Shown here in pieces: positions 1 to 12,500 of a stretch of 64,000 nt of DNA. How positions within the stretch are numbered: position 1 is the stretch's first letter; each line of letters opens with the position of its first letter. The stretch is from contig OZ287081.1 in assembly GCA_965645245.1 (NCBI GenBank), positions 248,001 to 312,000 of the forward strand, written 5' to 3'. The DNA is from Massalongia carnosa. Its lineage: Eukaryota. Made by a program: the position numbers and the translations under genes. Under the pieces are notes generated by a model, which saw only the letters and a list, made by a program, of their open reading frames with translations, searched no databases and had not been told where the DNA came from.

Positions 1-3000
1 CCGATCCACTGCACCAGATACTTCAAGCGATTCCGGAACTTCTTAGAATCGAGGATATCCTCCACTTCATACTCCTCTTCGCCGTCAACTTCGACTGGTG
101 GAGGAGGAGGTGGAACGTGATCAGGGTGAGGATCTTGAGGCACGGGCGAGAGAAGAGATACATGAAACACGGGATGAATCTTCATGCCGATGGGGAGATC
201 GAGTCGATACGCATACTTGCTTACCACATTAGATATCTTGAATGGGCCTAGATTCTTCCAATCGAGCTTTCGAGCGGGTCGTTGTGTACGTATGTTTTTT
301 GTGCTTAGCCATACTGCGTCTCCTACTTGATAAACCGGTGCTGGCACGCGATTTTCGTTGGCCCCTGCTTCGTATCGTGCTTGCGCGAATCTCATTTCCT
401 CTTGCAGCACGATCGTGATATCTTGCATTTTCTTGGCGAATTCCCCTGCGTTCAAACTGGCCGGGGACCTAGAGGGTTCCATTGATTCAAATCCCATACG
501 CGGGTGGTATCCCATCTCCGCAAGAAAAGGGCTGCACCCAGTCGTTTCGGACACGACATTGTTTCCTGTAAATTCCGCCATGGGCAACCAATTTGCCCAG
601 TCATCCTGAAGATAATCCGTGTAACTGCGAAGGTATTGTTCCATGGAGGCATTTACTCGCTCCGTCTGCCCATCTGTTTCTGGATGGAAGGCTGTCGACA
701 GAAGACTCTTGATTCCCAACCCTTGACACAGCTTTTTCCAAAACTCCGCCACGAAAAGCACTCCTCGATCTGATACAATGGTGCTTGGTAGTCCATAGAG
801 TTTCCAGATATCCCGAAGAAAGAGCTCAGCCAATTCTTGAGCGTTGATTGTAGTGAGACATGAAGAGAAGTGACGTCTTTTCGACAGACGATCGATCACG
901 ACCAGTATAGCGTCGAATCCATTGCTTTCCGGCAGTCCAGTGACAAAGTCCATTGAGATATCTTGCCAGCGACGCTCGGGAATGGGCAGTGGTCTGAGAA
1001 CTCCCATTTTCCCTTGACGAGATGATTTGCTTCGTGCGCATACTTGACAGTGCTGTACGTACTTCGCTACGAACTGATAAAATCGAGGCCAGTAATAGTG
1101 GCGCTGTAAAAGATCAAAGGTCTTGGCTCGGCCGGGGTGACCTGCCACTGGACTATCATGAACAGACTCGCAGAGCCTCATTTTCAAAGCATGAGAGTCG
1201 GGAACGAACATTTTCTCTCGATAGTGTAATCGACCGTCGATTTCGGTGCATTCCGCTAACGAGATATCCTTGGAGTGCCTTGCTCCTGACCGCAACAGGT
1301 TCAGTATCTTGACAGGGAAAGGATCATTTTTCAGAGCCTCCTGCCATAGTTCTTCCAGGGTCTTGACTTCCTCTTGATCTGAACCTGATTCAATATCGTT
1401 CTCTTCCGAAGATTCCTTTGCTAACCCGTTCGCTAGAAGTTCAAGATTTCGAGGTTTCAAGACCGTTTGATGTTGGATCTTCACTCGTGGATCATCCCCC
1501 CCCTCAGGTAGGTCTTGAGACCTTCTGGTAAGGGCATCGGGCTTTCCGCCACTCTTCCCTGGGCGGTACACAATCTGAAAATCAAAACGAGAAAGATATT
1601 CGGACCAGCGTGCTTGCCTTCTACTCAATTGCTTCGTTGTCATGAAATATTCCAGATTCTTATGATCGGAAATTACTTGTATTGGAAATGCGGCTCCTTC
1701 GAGTTCAGCTCTCCATTCCTCAAAGGCACGAACGATAGCCATAAGCTCTTTATCATAAATCTCATAAGTTACTTCCGCTGGTGAGTGTTTCTTTGAGAAG
1801 AATGCCACAGGTCTTAGAATTCCTTCGTCGTCATGTTGCGAGAGCACTCCCCCCACTACCCAATCCGAGGCGTCAACTTCTACAACGATCTTTTTCTCAG
1901 GATCAAAATGCATCAGAAAAAGGTCGCTCATGAACGCGTCCTTTAATCTTTGAAATGCGGTCTCGCATTCCTGATTCCAAGAAAAGATCACACTCTTTCG
2001 AGTCAGCTTTATCAGAGGTGCGGCAATGGCGGAGAAGTTTTTGACGAAACGGCGATAGAAGTTCGCGAATCCTACAAAGGCTTGAATATCTTTAACATTC
2101 TTGGGCGTGATCCAGTCCTTGATGGTTTGAACTTTGCGAGGATCCATTCTTATTCCTTTATTGGAGATAATCAATCCCAAATATGTTGTCTCGGTGACGA
2201 AGAACTCGCATTTCTCAATGTCCAGTTGCAACCCCGCTTCTCGTAGAGCTGTTAAAACTTTTCTTACGTGGATACTGTGTTCTTTTCTCGATTTACTGTA
2301 AATCAAGATGTCATCGATGTACGCGGTGCAAAAAGCGTCTAGATATTCGCGGAGTACATCGTTAATGTAATGCTGAAAGGATCCAGGACCTCCAGACAAT
2401 CCGAAAGGAAGAACATCATACTCGAAAAGCCCATATCTTGTTTTGAAGGCCGTCATCCATTCTGTCCCTTCTGCATGCGCAGCTTATTGAAAGCCGCTAC
2501 AATATCAAATTTCGAGAATATAACGGCTTTTGCGAGCCTATCGAGGGTCTCCTGAATCAGGGGTATTGGGTAGCGATTCTTTACGGTGATCGCGTTCAGG
2601 GCTCTGTAATCGACACAGAATCGCAGTCCGCCTGGAGGCTTTCGTGCGAACAATACCGGCGAGGAACAAGGAGAGGAACTGGCTCGAATGAATCCCTTGG
2701 CTAAGTTTTCCTTGAGATATTTCTGCAAAACTAAAAGCTCGGGAGCTGACATCTTGTATAGAGGACCCGAAGAAGGAACTGCGCCCTCCATCAACACGAT
2801 CTTGTGATCGTATGAACGATGCGGAGGCAGTTTATCGGCCTCTTGTTTGGAGAACACGTCCAGGAGATCATGAAATTCCTCGGGTACTACGGTAGCAGGA
2901 TCGATGAATCTCTTAGGTTTCAAGGATTTGGCCACATCATCCAGAGATGCGGCTGCAAGGCTGAGGTTGCTCGGGTTTTTCAAGGCTTGTATGGCTTTTT

Positions 3001-3994
3001 CGATCTCGTACAAGGACGCAGTGAAGATTTCGTTCTTTCGATCCTTCATCAGGGTGGAAAATGGCGCGGCTCCTATCATACAGATTTTCATGGGCAAGGC
3101 GCTGGACTTCTTAAGTTCTGGGACGAGACTCGGAGGCTGAGAGTGTTCAGTGTACTTGGTGATTTTCGGGGGTTCAAGACGTGAACTCGGGACTCGGATC
3201 ATGGGCTCGGGATGTTCAATAAACTCGATATGTTCAATAAACTCGGTGGGTTTCAAGAATTCAGGATTCGCGTGAGAGACCTTGTTCTCACGGATTTCAA
3301 GAGGGTCAAGACGCACTGAGGAAGCAGACTCCGGGGGAGGAGACTCTTCGGAAAGATCAGAAAGGCCAGGAATAACAAGAGGGACGTGTTTATTCTCTAA
3401 ACACTCCAGACGACAATACGAGGACGAGAAGGTCAGAGTATTTCGAGACCAGCTGACGAAAGGGTCGTGAATTTGAAGCCATTTGACTCCCAGGACTACC
3501 GGATAGTGACCCAACTGGGTCACAAGGAATGAGCCGTGCTCGTGATGCCCGTTGACGCTCATCTTCAACTTGGCCAGGTGTGTGAGCATACCAGCCGCGG
3601 CTGGTCGGCCGTCCACAACTTCGAGAACGCGAGGGCGGACAAGGGGGGTGAGAGGCAGGGAATTTCTTTGCGCGAAGGACGAATCAATGAATGCATAGCC
3701 AGAAGCGCCGCAATCTATTAATGCATGTGTGTGTAAAACGCGATTTTCTACAGAGAGTTCTATGGATACGACGAAATGTCTACCATCTAACGAGTCTTCT
3801 GATATGGAAAAAGCCGAAATTGACACAGGAAATCCTTCCGTCGGTCTTCGAGAGCGACTTAGCTCGAAGACACAGCGTTTTCCGTCGACTCCGCAAGGGT
3901 AGACTCGTTGAGTCGTGACGGCTTGGGTTTCCCCCCTCGTGCCAGTTTGGGACAGTTGGCCGCAAAGTGCCCGGACTCCCCGCAGTAACGGCAC
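1..3994 (-). pseudogene. pol: pol of element A (PR-RT-RH-IN-chromo), disrupted
   Basis: ORF 2453..3994 holds protease and RT N-terminus; remaining domains continue in other frames. Confidence 0.85.
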
Positions 3995-5069
3995 AGCCCC
4001 TCGTTCATACGACGAGTTACTTCCGCCGAGGATAACTTGCCTCGAGAGAAGGCGGAGAGGTCCATGGCGTCTGGAGGCGAGGCGGGAGCGGCAGCGGCGG
4101 GGGAGACGGTTCGGGGTAGGGCAACCCCCCCAGACGGAGGGTTACGAAGTGTGGTCCCCGCATCAGAAGAAGATGGGGCGGACCGGGGCGAGTAGGGCTT
4201 CCGGAACAGGGCATTGACATTGCGCTGGCGAGTATCTAGCCGTTGCAGTAACGAGATCAGCTCGTTGAGGTCCTCCGGGACCAGCTGCGTTACCATTAGC
4301 TGTTAAAGTTCTTCGCTGATACCTTGTTGCAGGGCAGCGCGTTGAGCTTCCTCATCAAAATTGGTGTCCGGGGCGATGCGTTGGAAATCTGCTAAGTACA
4401 CATGGAACTCTCGATTTGCCTGACGAAGGGCACGCAGCTCACGCTGCGCGGTGGCCTTTCGGTCAGGGTCCCCGAACGCACGTTCCAACAGCACCAGGAG
4501 GGACGGTACATCCGGCAGAGAGATTTCGTGCTGTGACTTGACATACGGTTGTACCTGGGAGAGCGCACGCCCCTCCAATCGGCTGATAGCATAGATGAGT
4601 CCTGATTTTTCTCCGGTGAAGCGGTCTTTATTGACGAAAAGTTTCAAGTGCAGTTGGGTTGTCCAGGAACGTAAATCCTCCTTCTTTCCCGAGAACTTGG
4701 GAATATCCGGGAGTCTCTCCGATCGGGAGTCTGCGTGGCTGATGGGGGATGGGTGTCCGCGAAGGCTGATGATCAAGGCTCGAGCCGCGATCAGCTCGTC
4801 ATTGGAGTCACGCAGCTGACGGCGGATTTGATCACGCTCCGATTCTAAAGACTCGCACTGACTCGTTTTTATGTCCAGGGAGCTCGAGAGGGACGTGATC
4901 TGATTGGCAGCTTGAATAGAAAAATTGTACCACTCGTGGGGAAATTTCTGGATCGAGTGGCTCCAAGAGGGGCAAGAGAGGCTTCCTTTTTGAAGTCCGG
5001 AGGGGGAAGATTGAAGGTCTGGCCTTCGGAGAGAGAGGTAGATGCCTCGGCGGAGAAGCTGGAGGCCAT
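3859..5069 (-). pseudogene. gag: gag of element A (probable frameshift near 4920, in-frame TAA at 4303-4305)
   Basis: ORFs 4303..5163 and 3859..4296 are in frame across a TAA; capsid-like motif (FSGKKEDLRSW, LRQ...YLADF) and CCHC knuckle. Confidence 0.8.
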
Positions 5070-5131
5070 CCTTTTCGGGAGAAGGACCTGGGGACGAAGG
5101 ACCACTTGAGGTATGGGGGAGGTGTTCGTAA

Positions 5132-5417
5132 TGTAACGGGTGGGCAATAGAAGGCCTACTCAAGTGGTGGTGATGATGGTCTTGATGGCTAGCTAATAGC
5201 TATGCTAAATAAACAAGACGAACACAAAGAAGAAAGCAGCAATTGCTGCAGAGATTTTCTTATAACTCCTTGATCCCTTTACTAACCTTGATGAGGTTAG
5301 CTTCCCGCTAAACCCAATGCGCTACCTCCCGCGACGCTAAATGTCGGTATCGCTTAGCAATCTTAGCAACCTTCTTGTGACTACCTTTCCTAGATTATCC
5401 TTATTCGCACCATGACA
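5132..5417 (-). repeat. Putative 5' LTR of Ty3 element A
   Basis: TG...CA bounded segment (tgtaac...atgaca) directly upstream of gag. The partner LTR is not in the window, so boundaries are inferred. Confidence 0.5.
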
Positions 5418-5579
5418 ACTAGGATACGGCTCGTGTTCGTAATCTTCTTTTCATTGTACCAATCATAATCACTGTAATTAAATCAACGGACTGGTGACCC
5501 TATGAAGTGGGGCTATAGGATTAAGACCTGATCGCCAACTTCTTTCGAGGGGTCACTGATCAATTTATTGATTTACCAC

Positions 5580-5752
5580 TGTCAGGGTCCTGAGGTCACC
5601 TGACATCAGACTAGCATCGATTAGGTAATGTGCCGAGGAACCGACTTTTCAGGGGTTATATAGAACTCCGCCCGAGTAAAGCTTTTAGACTTCGTCTGAA
5701 GATTTTGGTGTAGAACTAGGCTATTGAAATTGAACTCGTTTTATCCCTCACA
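5580..5752 (+). repeat. 5' LTR of element B
   Basis: tgtcaggg...ccctcaca; matches 13627-13799 except the first base. Confidence 0.95.
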
Positions 5753-6523
5753 CAATCTTCAGACCTACAATCAGAATCATTAGGCTAATCAGAAAACATG
5801 AACTCATTAGAATCATCCAGCAGAGATGTCGCTCCCTCGGGGCCGGCCTTCAACACTAGAGCTCGCTCCATGTCGCGACAATCGACACAGAGCATACCAG
5901 GCGAATATGAACCCGCCGACGAAGAGGTGGGAAATGACACTGTTTTGCCGACAAACAAAGACAAAGGCAGGGAACCGAAGATCGAGGCCCCGACCTCAGA
6001 ACCGAAAATCGACATAAGCAATTATACCATTTATCGAAGTCTGACGGAAAGCAATCCGTCGAAATCAGCTATGATCATCAAGGTGGCCAATCGAGAAGAG
6101 TTGAGAAGGGCCCTCGTCCTAAAAGGAGACGGCGACATATGGTACACTGTTCTAGCCGGCACGCTCCTACAACATGAGGTCTTGATCGAGAAATATCAGG
6201 ACTTGAAAAAAAGAAACAAAGATCTAAAAGGTCTACAGGCAGAATGGACCCGAATGATAAAGAGCTGGGATCACGAGAGACTAGTATCTGAGGAGGATAT
6301 CGCGGCTGAAAAATTGGAGACTCAGAAGGTCAAAGCGGAAAACTCGGACCTCATTCGTGAAATATCAGAGATGAAACGTCTAGCTCGCGAAGCTACTCAG
6401 ACGTCGACCTCATCGACTGGTCAAACTGAAGATCAATCCGCCGTCGCTGCCCCCTTAAGCAATTATCGACCCAAAGGCACCAACCCGAAGGAGGCCCTCG
6501 ACGGTTCCAACTCAGACGCCTAT

Positions 6524-8691
6524 CCCTCTCGCTGTCATTCTAGCACCCCCCCCCCCAAGCTAAACCATTGTTGGTTAGAAAGCGCTAAACCTTAAACTTT
6601 TGACCAATCAATGTTATTCCTATTCACAAGAAGTTGTACGGAGTATCAGATACCTATTTACTCGTCCCCTATCATATGAATAGCTTCCCAACAGCTGGCT
6701 TTCTTACAGCAGGGCCTGATTGGATTACATCCTCCACAAGCCCATATAGTCTGAGCACCCCTTCGCCTTCTTTAACGCCCATCGACACTTATTTCAGCCA
6801 GTGGCTCTCCCTTCCGCTTTGAAGGTCGTTTTTTCTCGGCGTTACATTGCACACATCTTTTTCTGCCTTCAAGACGAACGTAATGATGAATGGGAGATGG
6901 TACTAAAGCATCAATCGTGGTATTGATGCTTATCTTTGATGAGCCGGGCCTGATGCCCGCTTGATTTGATATCAGTTCAAGAGCAATCCGACGAAGAAAT
7001 TCAGAACGAGTAAATTTTATCTCCTTGGAATCGAAAGAGTTCAGCGAGTAAAGTTTATAGGCATTCAATCCGGCTGCATCTAAAATAAAAATGAACAAAG
7101 GCCACCAGTAACGATCCGTTCGACGATTGTATGAGTAAATCGCTCGTTGCTGAGCGTTTCCATCCGATCCCCCCATATGAAGATTATATTCTTTGATTGG
7201 GGCTGGTATCGGTAATCCTAAGGGCCGTTGAACCTCTTGATTGAGCAAGGGAATGGAGTGAGCCAGAGTTGATGGGAAATACGATACAATAGGTTGAAGA
7301 GAGGTCTCGGGAATTCCATATCTCTTGTGCGGATTTATATAGTGCATTTCGTACAAGTCCTGAGGAGAATGACCGGTGGTCATATACTGCACACCATTAT
7401 TATCCACCCAGCCCATACAAAGCACCTTATCGTCGACCACCATATGGGCCTGAAGACCCCAGTCTTTTCCTTTTGAAGTGACGTCCCGTATGGCCAACAA
7501 TTCTTCTGGAAAGCCCGAGCCCTTTTTAGCAGTTCCACTGGCAGCTATTCCGATTGATCGAAGTGCCTTGAATAATTTCGTACTAGTAAAGAAATTATCA
7601 CAGAAAAGATGATAATTCAGTGAGGATGGAAGTTCTTTACATAACTGAATCACTAGCAAAGCACTAGGAGTTAGTTTATCTTTTGGCAAAAATCCCAATT
7701 GTCTGACTGTTTTCAATTCACTTATTCTGCTACTCTTCGAGGCAAACATAAATGACAACAGATAATTATCCTGACAGAGACTGTAGATTTTAAATCCTTT
7801 ATGGGCACTTTTTGTAGTAATCTGCAAGGTATGTCGAGAACGGCCCTTGAATAACACCAGCTGTTCATCTATAGATATCATACTTCCTGGTCTGCAATGT
7901 TTCAATGAAGTCTTTCGGAAATCAGTAGCCAACGGTTCCAGTTTCTTCCACCAATCAGGTCCTTGACCAAGTCCGATAGGCTCAGTCTGTCCATTATTGA
8001 TTTTCAAAAATCGTTTGATTTGTTGAAATCGACCAAGCGACATCGCGGACAGAATAGGCATGATAACTGGTTTGTCAGGACGTTGATTCCAATAATCCTC
8101 TGTAGCAGGTAGATGATCGAGTCCCATAAGAATTAATATGCCCAAAAAAACCTCAATTTCCGAGTCAGTAGTGTCAGTCCAAACCCGATGATTGTTCTCC
8201 TTCTCCTTTTCCATGTAGTTATTTGCCTTGATATTGGTATGATTTGCGATGATACGACAATGCTGCCTTGTTATAAATAACCGAAATAATCCCAAAGGAT
8301 TTCGAGAATCGTTTTCAACGAGCGGAACAAAAGGCCTGTTTTCAACCCGAATGGGGGTATATTTTGAGGAAATAGGGGGAAGGTCGATTAAAATATCCCG
8401 AACACTTCTTTTGCGATTTATTTTATGTTGCTTCGCTGAAATGGGAGATTTGTCTGATACACTCGGGATTTCTTCTTCATTGAGCGTCATACTTATAATA
8501 TCAATTCCGAAGCTAGAAGAATAGTAATTTATGTGATTTATTTTGATTGAATGACCGAATAGTATTCTTTGAAAAGTAAACAAACGCGCAAACACTCTAG
8601 AGAAAACTAATGTTCTGATGACTCATCGGTGCGGAAGCTAGTCCAATATAGATTAGCTTGGGAGGGGGGTGCTAGAATGACAGCGAGAGGG
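6524..8691 (-). mobile_element. piggyBac-like DNA transposon 1
   Basis: About 39-bp TIRs ccctctcgctgtcattctagcacccc...caagctaa; flanks TAT|CCC ... GGG|ATA; internal transposase. Confidence 0.93.
6772..8490 (-). CDS. piggyBac-family (DDE_Tnp_1_7-like) transposase; C-terminal Cys-rich domain cut off by a frameshift (continues to about 6670 as WACGGCNPIRPCCKKASCW)
   Basis: SIDEQ, CDNFFTS, GTAK and YNLHMGGSD motifs; ATG at 8490 chosen as the likely start. Confidence 0.88.
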   Translation of the reverse strand: MTLNEEEIPSVSDKSPISAKQHKINRKRSVRDILIDLPPISSKYTPIRVENRPFVPLVENDSRNPLGLFRLFITRQHCRIIANHTNIKANNYMEKEKENNHRVWTDTTDSEIEVFLGILILMGLDHLPATEDYWNQRPDKPVIMPILSAMSLGRFQQIKRFLKINNGQTEPIGLGQGPDWWKKLEPLATDFRKTSLKHCRPGSMISIDEQLVLFKGRSRHTLQITTKSAHKGFKIYSLCQDNYLLSFMFASKSSRISELKTVRQLGFLPKDKLTPSALLVIQLCKELPSSLNYHLFCDNFFTSTKLFKALRSIGIAASGTAKKGSGFPEELLAIRDVTSKGKDWGLQAHMVVDDKVLCMGWVDNNGVQYMTTGHSPQDLYEMHYINPHKRYGIPETSLQPIVSYFPSTLAHSIPLLNQEVQRPLGLPIPAPIKEYNLHMGGSDGNAQQRAIYSYNRRTDRYWWPLFIFILDAAGLNAYKLYSLNSFDSKEIKFTRSEFLRRIALELISNQAGIRPGSSKISINTTIDALVPSPIHHYVRLEGRKRCVQCNAEKKRPSKRKGEPLAEISVDGR

Positions 8692-9556
8692 ATAGTGCAT
8701 GGGCGTTTACGGTGGAAAGAAAAATCAGAACCGACTCCCCAATGTACACTAGTGAGGAGTTGAAAATCGACTACGCCTTATCGCAGATGAAGGATCCCAT
8801 TTTCGACGCCATACACACCTGGGTAGTGGATGCCGGTCCCACTCTCTCTTTGAATACGTTCTTAAAGGAAATTGAGAGCTATCTCGGGATAGCATATTTG
8901 ACAAAGGACGCGAAGAAGGAATTGAAAGAAATAAGCATGAACAAAGATGAAACGGTGACTGAATACTATCATCGAATGTTCAAACTCTGGCAACGTGCAA
9001 AAACCCCCGCGGATGAGAGAATTGAGACGTTCAAGGACACCCTGCGGCCGAACATCGCGCTGTCTCTATTGGGACGGGACTTCATCAGTCTAGAAACCCT
9101 CTTGCATGAAGCCAGGAAAATCGAACAGGGAAGAAAGGAGATGAATCAGAAGTACGCGAAGTCGGAATCTCAGAAGCCCGCGAAAACGACGACTTCTCCT
9201 TCTTCTTCCGTCGGTCGTGGTTTAAACAAAACCACGACCGCCACCTCCAGTACCTCGATCACAGTCAAACCAAAAGCGACTACGACCAACTCCGCCATCT
9301 CCGCCAACCCGAACTCGAAATTCGGACAGGTCTCGACCAAACCGGAAGGATGGGTAGGAGCTTGGTACGAGGGGACGCTTCACCCGCCCAAGTTGGAGGA
9401 CGGGGAACGAGAGACTCTGTCACGACAGGGCCGATGTTGGTCGTGCAGAGGATCGGGGCATAGGGGCCGAGACCCCTGTTGCATTAGGCAAGCAGTGAAT
9501 CTCAGTAGAGTCGCCATTCGAGAAGACTCATCCGAGTCCGAGGACTCGGAAAAAGA

Positions 9557-12500
9557 ATGATTCCTGATGATAGTCGCCATCAGGAATGTCGAGAAGTTTC
9601 ATTAAGGGTTGTTAGAGCATCTGTTCTTTCTGTCGATCATCTCGTTCCGGGCAAGCATCTTTTATTTAGATGTAGTATAGCCTCTAATGAAAATCAGTTG
9701 ATGATCGATAACGGAAGTGAAGCTCAATTTCTTCATGAATCCTTTGCGCGCAAAAGAAAACTAGAGACCATTAGACTAAAAAAAAGAGACAGGGTCAGAC
9801 TGGAACTTGGGGATGGAAAAGTCCATCAAATCATTGATAAGGCCGTTATCGTTCCCGTCAGAATCGGAGATCATGAGGAAAAGTTATTCTGCTATCTGGC
9901 CGACATAGGTAATCATACCTTGATCATCGGTGATGGATGGCTGCAGGAGCATAACCCTCACATTGATTGGGTTGAACGCACCATGACGTTCTCCAATCGG
10001 TGCGTCAGTAAGGGATGCGCACCTCGATCTCATTCAGTCTCAAAATTTGAATCCACAATCTTGGAGAAGGAAACGACTGCCTCAGCAAAGAACGAGGCCT
10101 TTGAAAATTTCGATATTCAGTCCCTCACCCCGAAGCGATTTATGAAACTTCTTCGAAGATCGGGTCATCAGACTTACTGTTTCTATCCGAGGGAAAAGCT
10201 CAACAAGAAGTTAGATAGGTACGAGAAGAAGCTTCTGACTGCTTCAAGTATCAACGCAGTCACCAGCGACGATCATGAGAAGTTCATGAAAGACAAAGTC
10301 GAATATACTCTGGAAGAATTGAAAAAACGAGTACCCGAGGCCTATCATGGCGAGATTGAAGTCTTCATGAGGGCTAAGGCAGACGAGTTGGCACCTCATC
10401 GAAAAGAGGATCACGAAATCAATTTGATGCCCGGGATCGAGCCCCCGTTCATCAAGAATTATCGGCCCATGTCCGAACAGGAATTGACCGCGGTAAGAAA
10501 ATATCTAGATGAGCACTTAGCAAAAGGGTTATTCGTCCGAGCTCGTCAAAGGCGGCCGCGCCGGTACTATTGGTCAGGAAACCAGGCGGGGGTCTTCGCT
10601 TTTGCGTAGATTATCGAGATCTGAATAATATCACGGAGAAAAGTCGATACCCCATTCCATTGATCAGCGAGACATTGGCGAAACTCGCCAAAGCAAAGTG
10701 GTTTACTAAATTGGACGTCATTCATGCATTCAATAGGATGAGGATTAAAGAGGGACAAGAGTGGCTCATGGCGTTCAATACTCGATACGGTCAATTTGAA
10801 TATCTTGTGATGCCCTTCGGACTATGCAACGCTCCATCAACATTTCAGAGCTATATCAATAACTCCCTGCGAGAATACTTAGATTATTTCGTCACCGCCT
10901 ATCTGGACGACGTACTGGTGTTCAGTGAAACAGAAACGGAGCACATCGAGCAGGTACTGAAGGTACTTCGTCGTCTGAAAGAAAGAGGACTTCAACTGGA
11001 CATAGACAAGTGTGAATTCTCTGTCTCCGAAGTCAAGTACCTCGGAATGTTCGTGGGGGTAAATGGCGTTAGAATGGACCCAGAAAAGGTGACGGCCATA
11101 CTAGAATGGAAGACGCCCGCGTCAGTAAAAGAGGTGCAGTCCTTTCTTGGATTCGCTAACTTCTATCGTCGCTTCATTGAGCGATTCTCCGAAAAGGTGA
11201 AGTGTCTGACCGAGCTAACCCGCGGAGAGCAATATGTCACGAAAGGCGGAAAGAGACGCACCAAGTATCAAGACTTCGTGTGGACCACTGAATGTCAGCA
11301 AGCTTTCGAAGACATGAAGATTTCTTTTACCTCTGCGCCGATTCTTGCTCATTACGACCCAAGGCTAGAGACCTGGGTGGAGACAGACGCATCTGACTTC
11401 GTAGTATCGGGGATACTCTCTCAGATGCATGAAGGCGTTCTGAAACCCGTGGCTTATTTCTCGAAGAAGATGAGCCCCGCCGAATGCAATTATGAGATCT
11501 ACGATAAAGAACTCCTAGCCATCGTAGAAAGTTTTGTCATCTGGAGACCGGAGCTAGCGGGAGTGGAGCAATCAACAAAGGTCTACTCAGATCATAAGAA
11601 TCTGGAGACCTTCATGACTTTGAAACAACTAAATCGCCGTCAAGTGCGTTGGGCTGAGATGCTGGCGGAATATAATTTTCGCATTATGTATAGACCAGGC
11701 AAGCAAGGGGGCAAACCGGACGCCCTCACCAGAAGAGAGCAAGATCTGCCGATGGACGCGGAGGATGATCGCACCAGATATCAATATCAGGTGCTGCTAA
11801 AAGAAAATCAGCTGGACGATGAAGTGAAACAGGACCTGAAGCTGTACGTGACAACCAGATCCATGGCCAATCGAGAACGGGTTGAAGACAACATTACTAC
11901 TGACTCATCCGATCAAATCAGGGATGAGGAAGTAGAGGACTTGACGGTAGAGGAGCTCACAATCAATTCGAATGATGATTCGGATGCAGAAAAGCCTGAT
12001 GAATTATTAGAAAATCTTTTAGCGGAGGCATATCAAGAAGACGCAATGATTCAGGAAGTCATGAAGGCTAAGTTGGAAAATCTGAAGAAATTGCCCGATA
12101 AAATTCTAAGCAACGGGCTGAGACTGGCGATGGGTGACTTGGAAGTCCGTCACGAAAGACTATACTACAAAACACGCCTCTTCATTCCGAATTTCGACAA
12201 GCTGAAGCTGCGTCTTTTATCGGATCATCATAATCCCCCGATGCAAGGACACCCCGGGTATCGAGGCATGTATGCCAAAATGCTGGAGAACTATTTCTGG
12301 ATGTCCATGAAGGATGATTGTCGAAGATACGCTACTAACTGCTCTACATGCCGAAGGTCCAAGGCGTACAACGATCAGAAACAGGGACTATTAGCCCCAC
12401 TACCCATACCTCAAAGAAAATGGACAGACTTATCTCTGGACTTTGTAGTCAAACTGCCCAAATGTCACAGACGGGGCCGGACGTACGAAAATATCTTGGT

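Larger units (their letters stand above)
1..5417 (-). mobile_element. Ty3/Gypsy chromoviral LTR retrotransposon A, degenerate, 3' end outside the window
   Basis: Minus strand carries gag with CCHC knuckle (CRYCGESGHFAANC), protease (ALIDCGA), RT (LRFCVDYRALN; YIDD near 2310), RNase H, integrase and the start of a chromodomain (EEEYEVEDIL) at the window edge. Several frameshifts and stops. Confidence 0.9.
5798..9560 (+). pseudogene. gag: gag of element B, split by the insertion at 6524-8691
   Basis: Removing the insertion plus one AT joins ...NSDAY to SAWAFTVERKI... in frame; CWSCRGSGHRGRDPC knuckle near the C-terminus. Confidence 0.88.
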
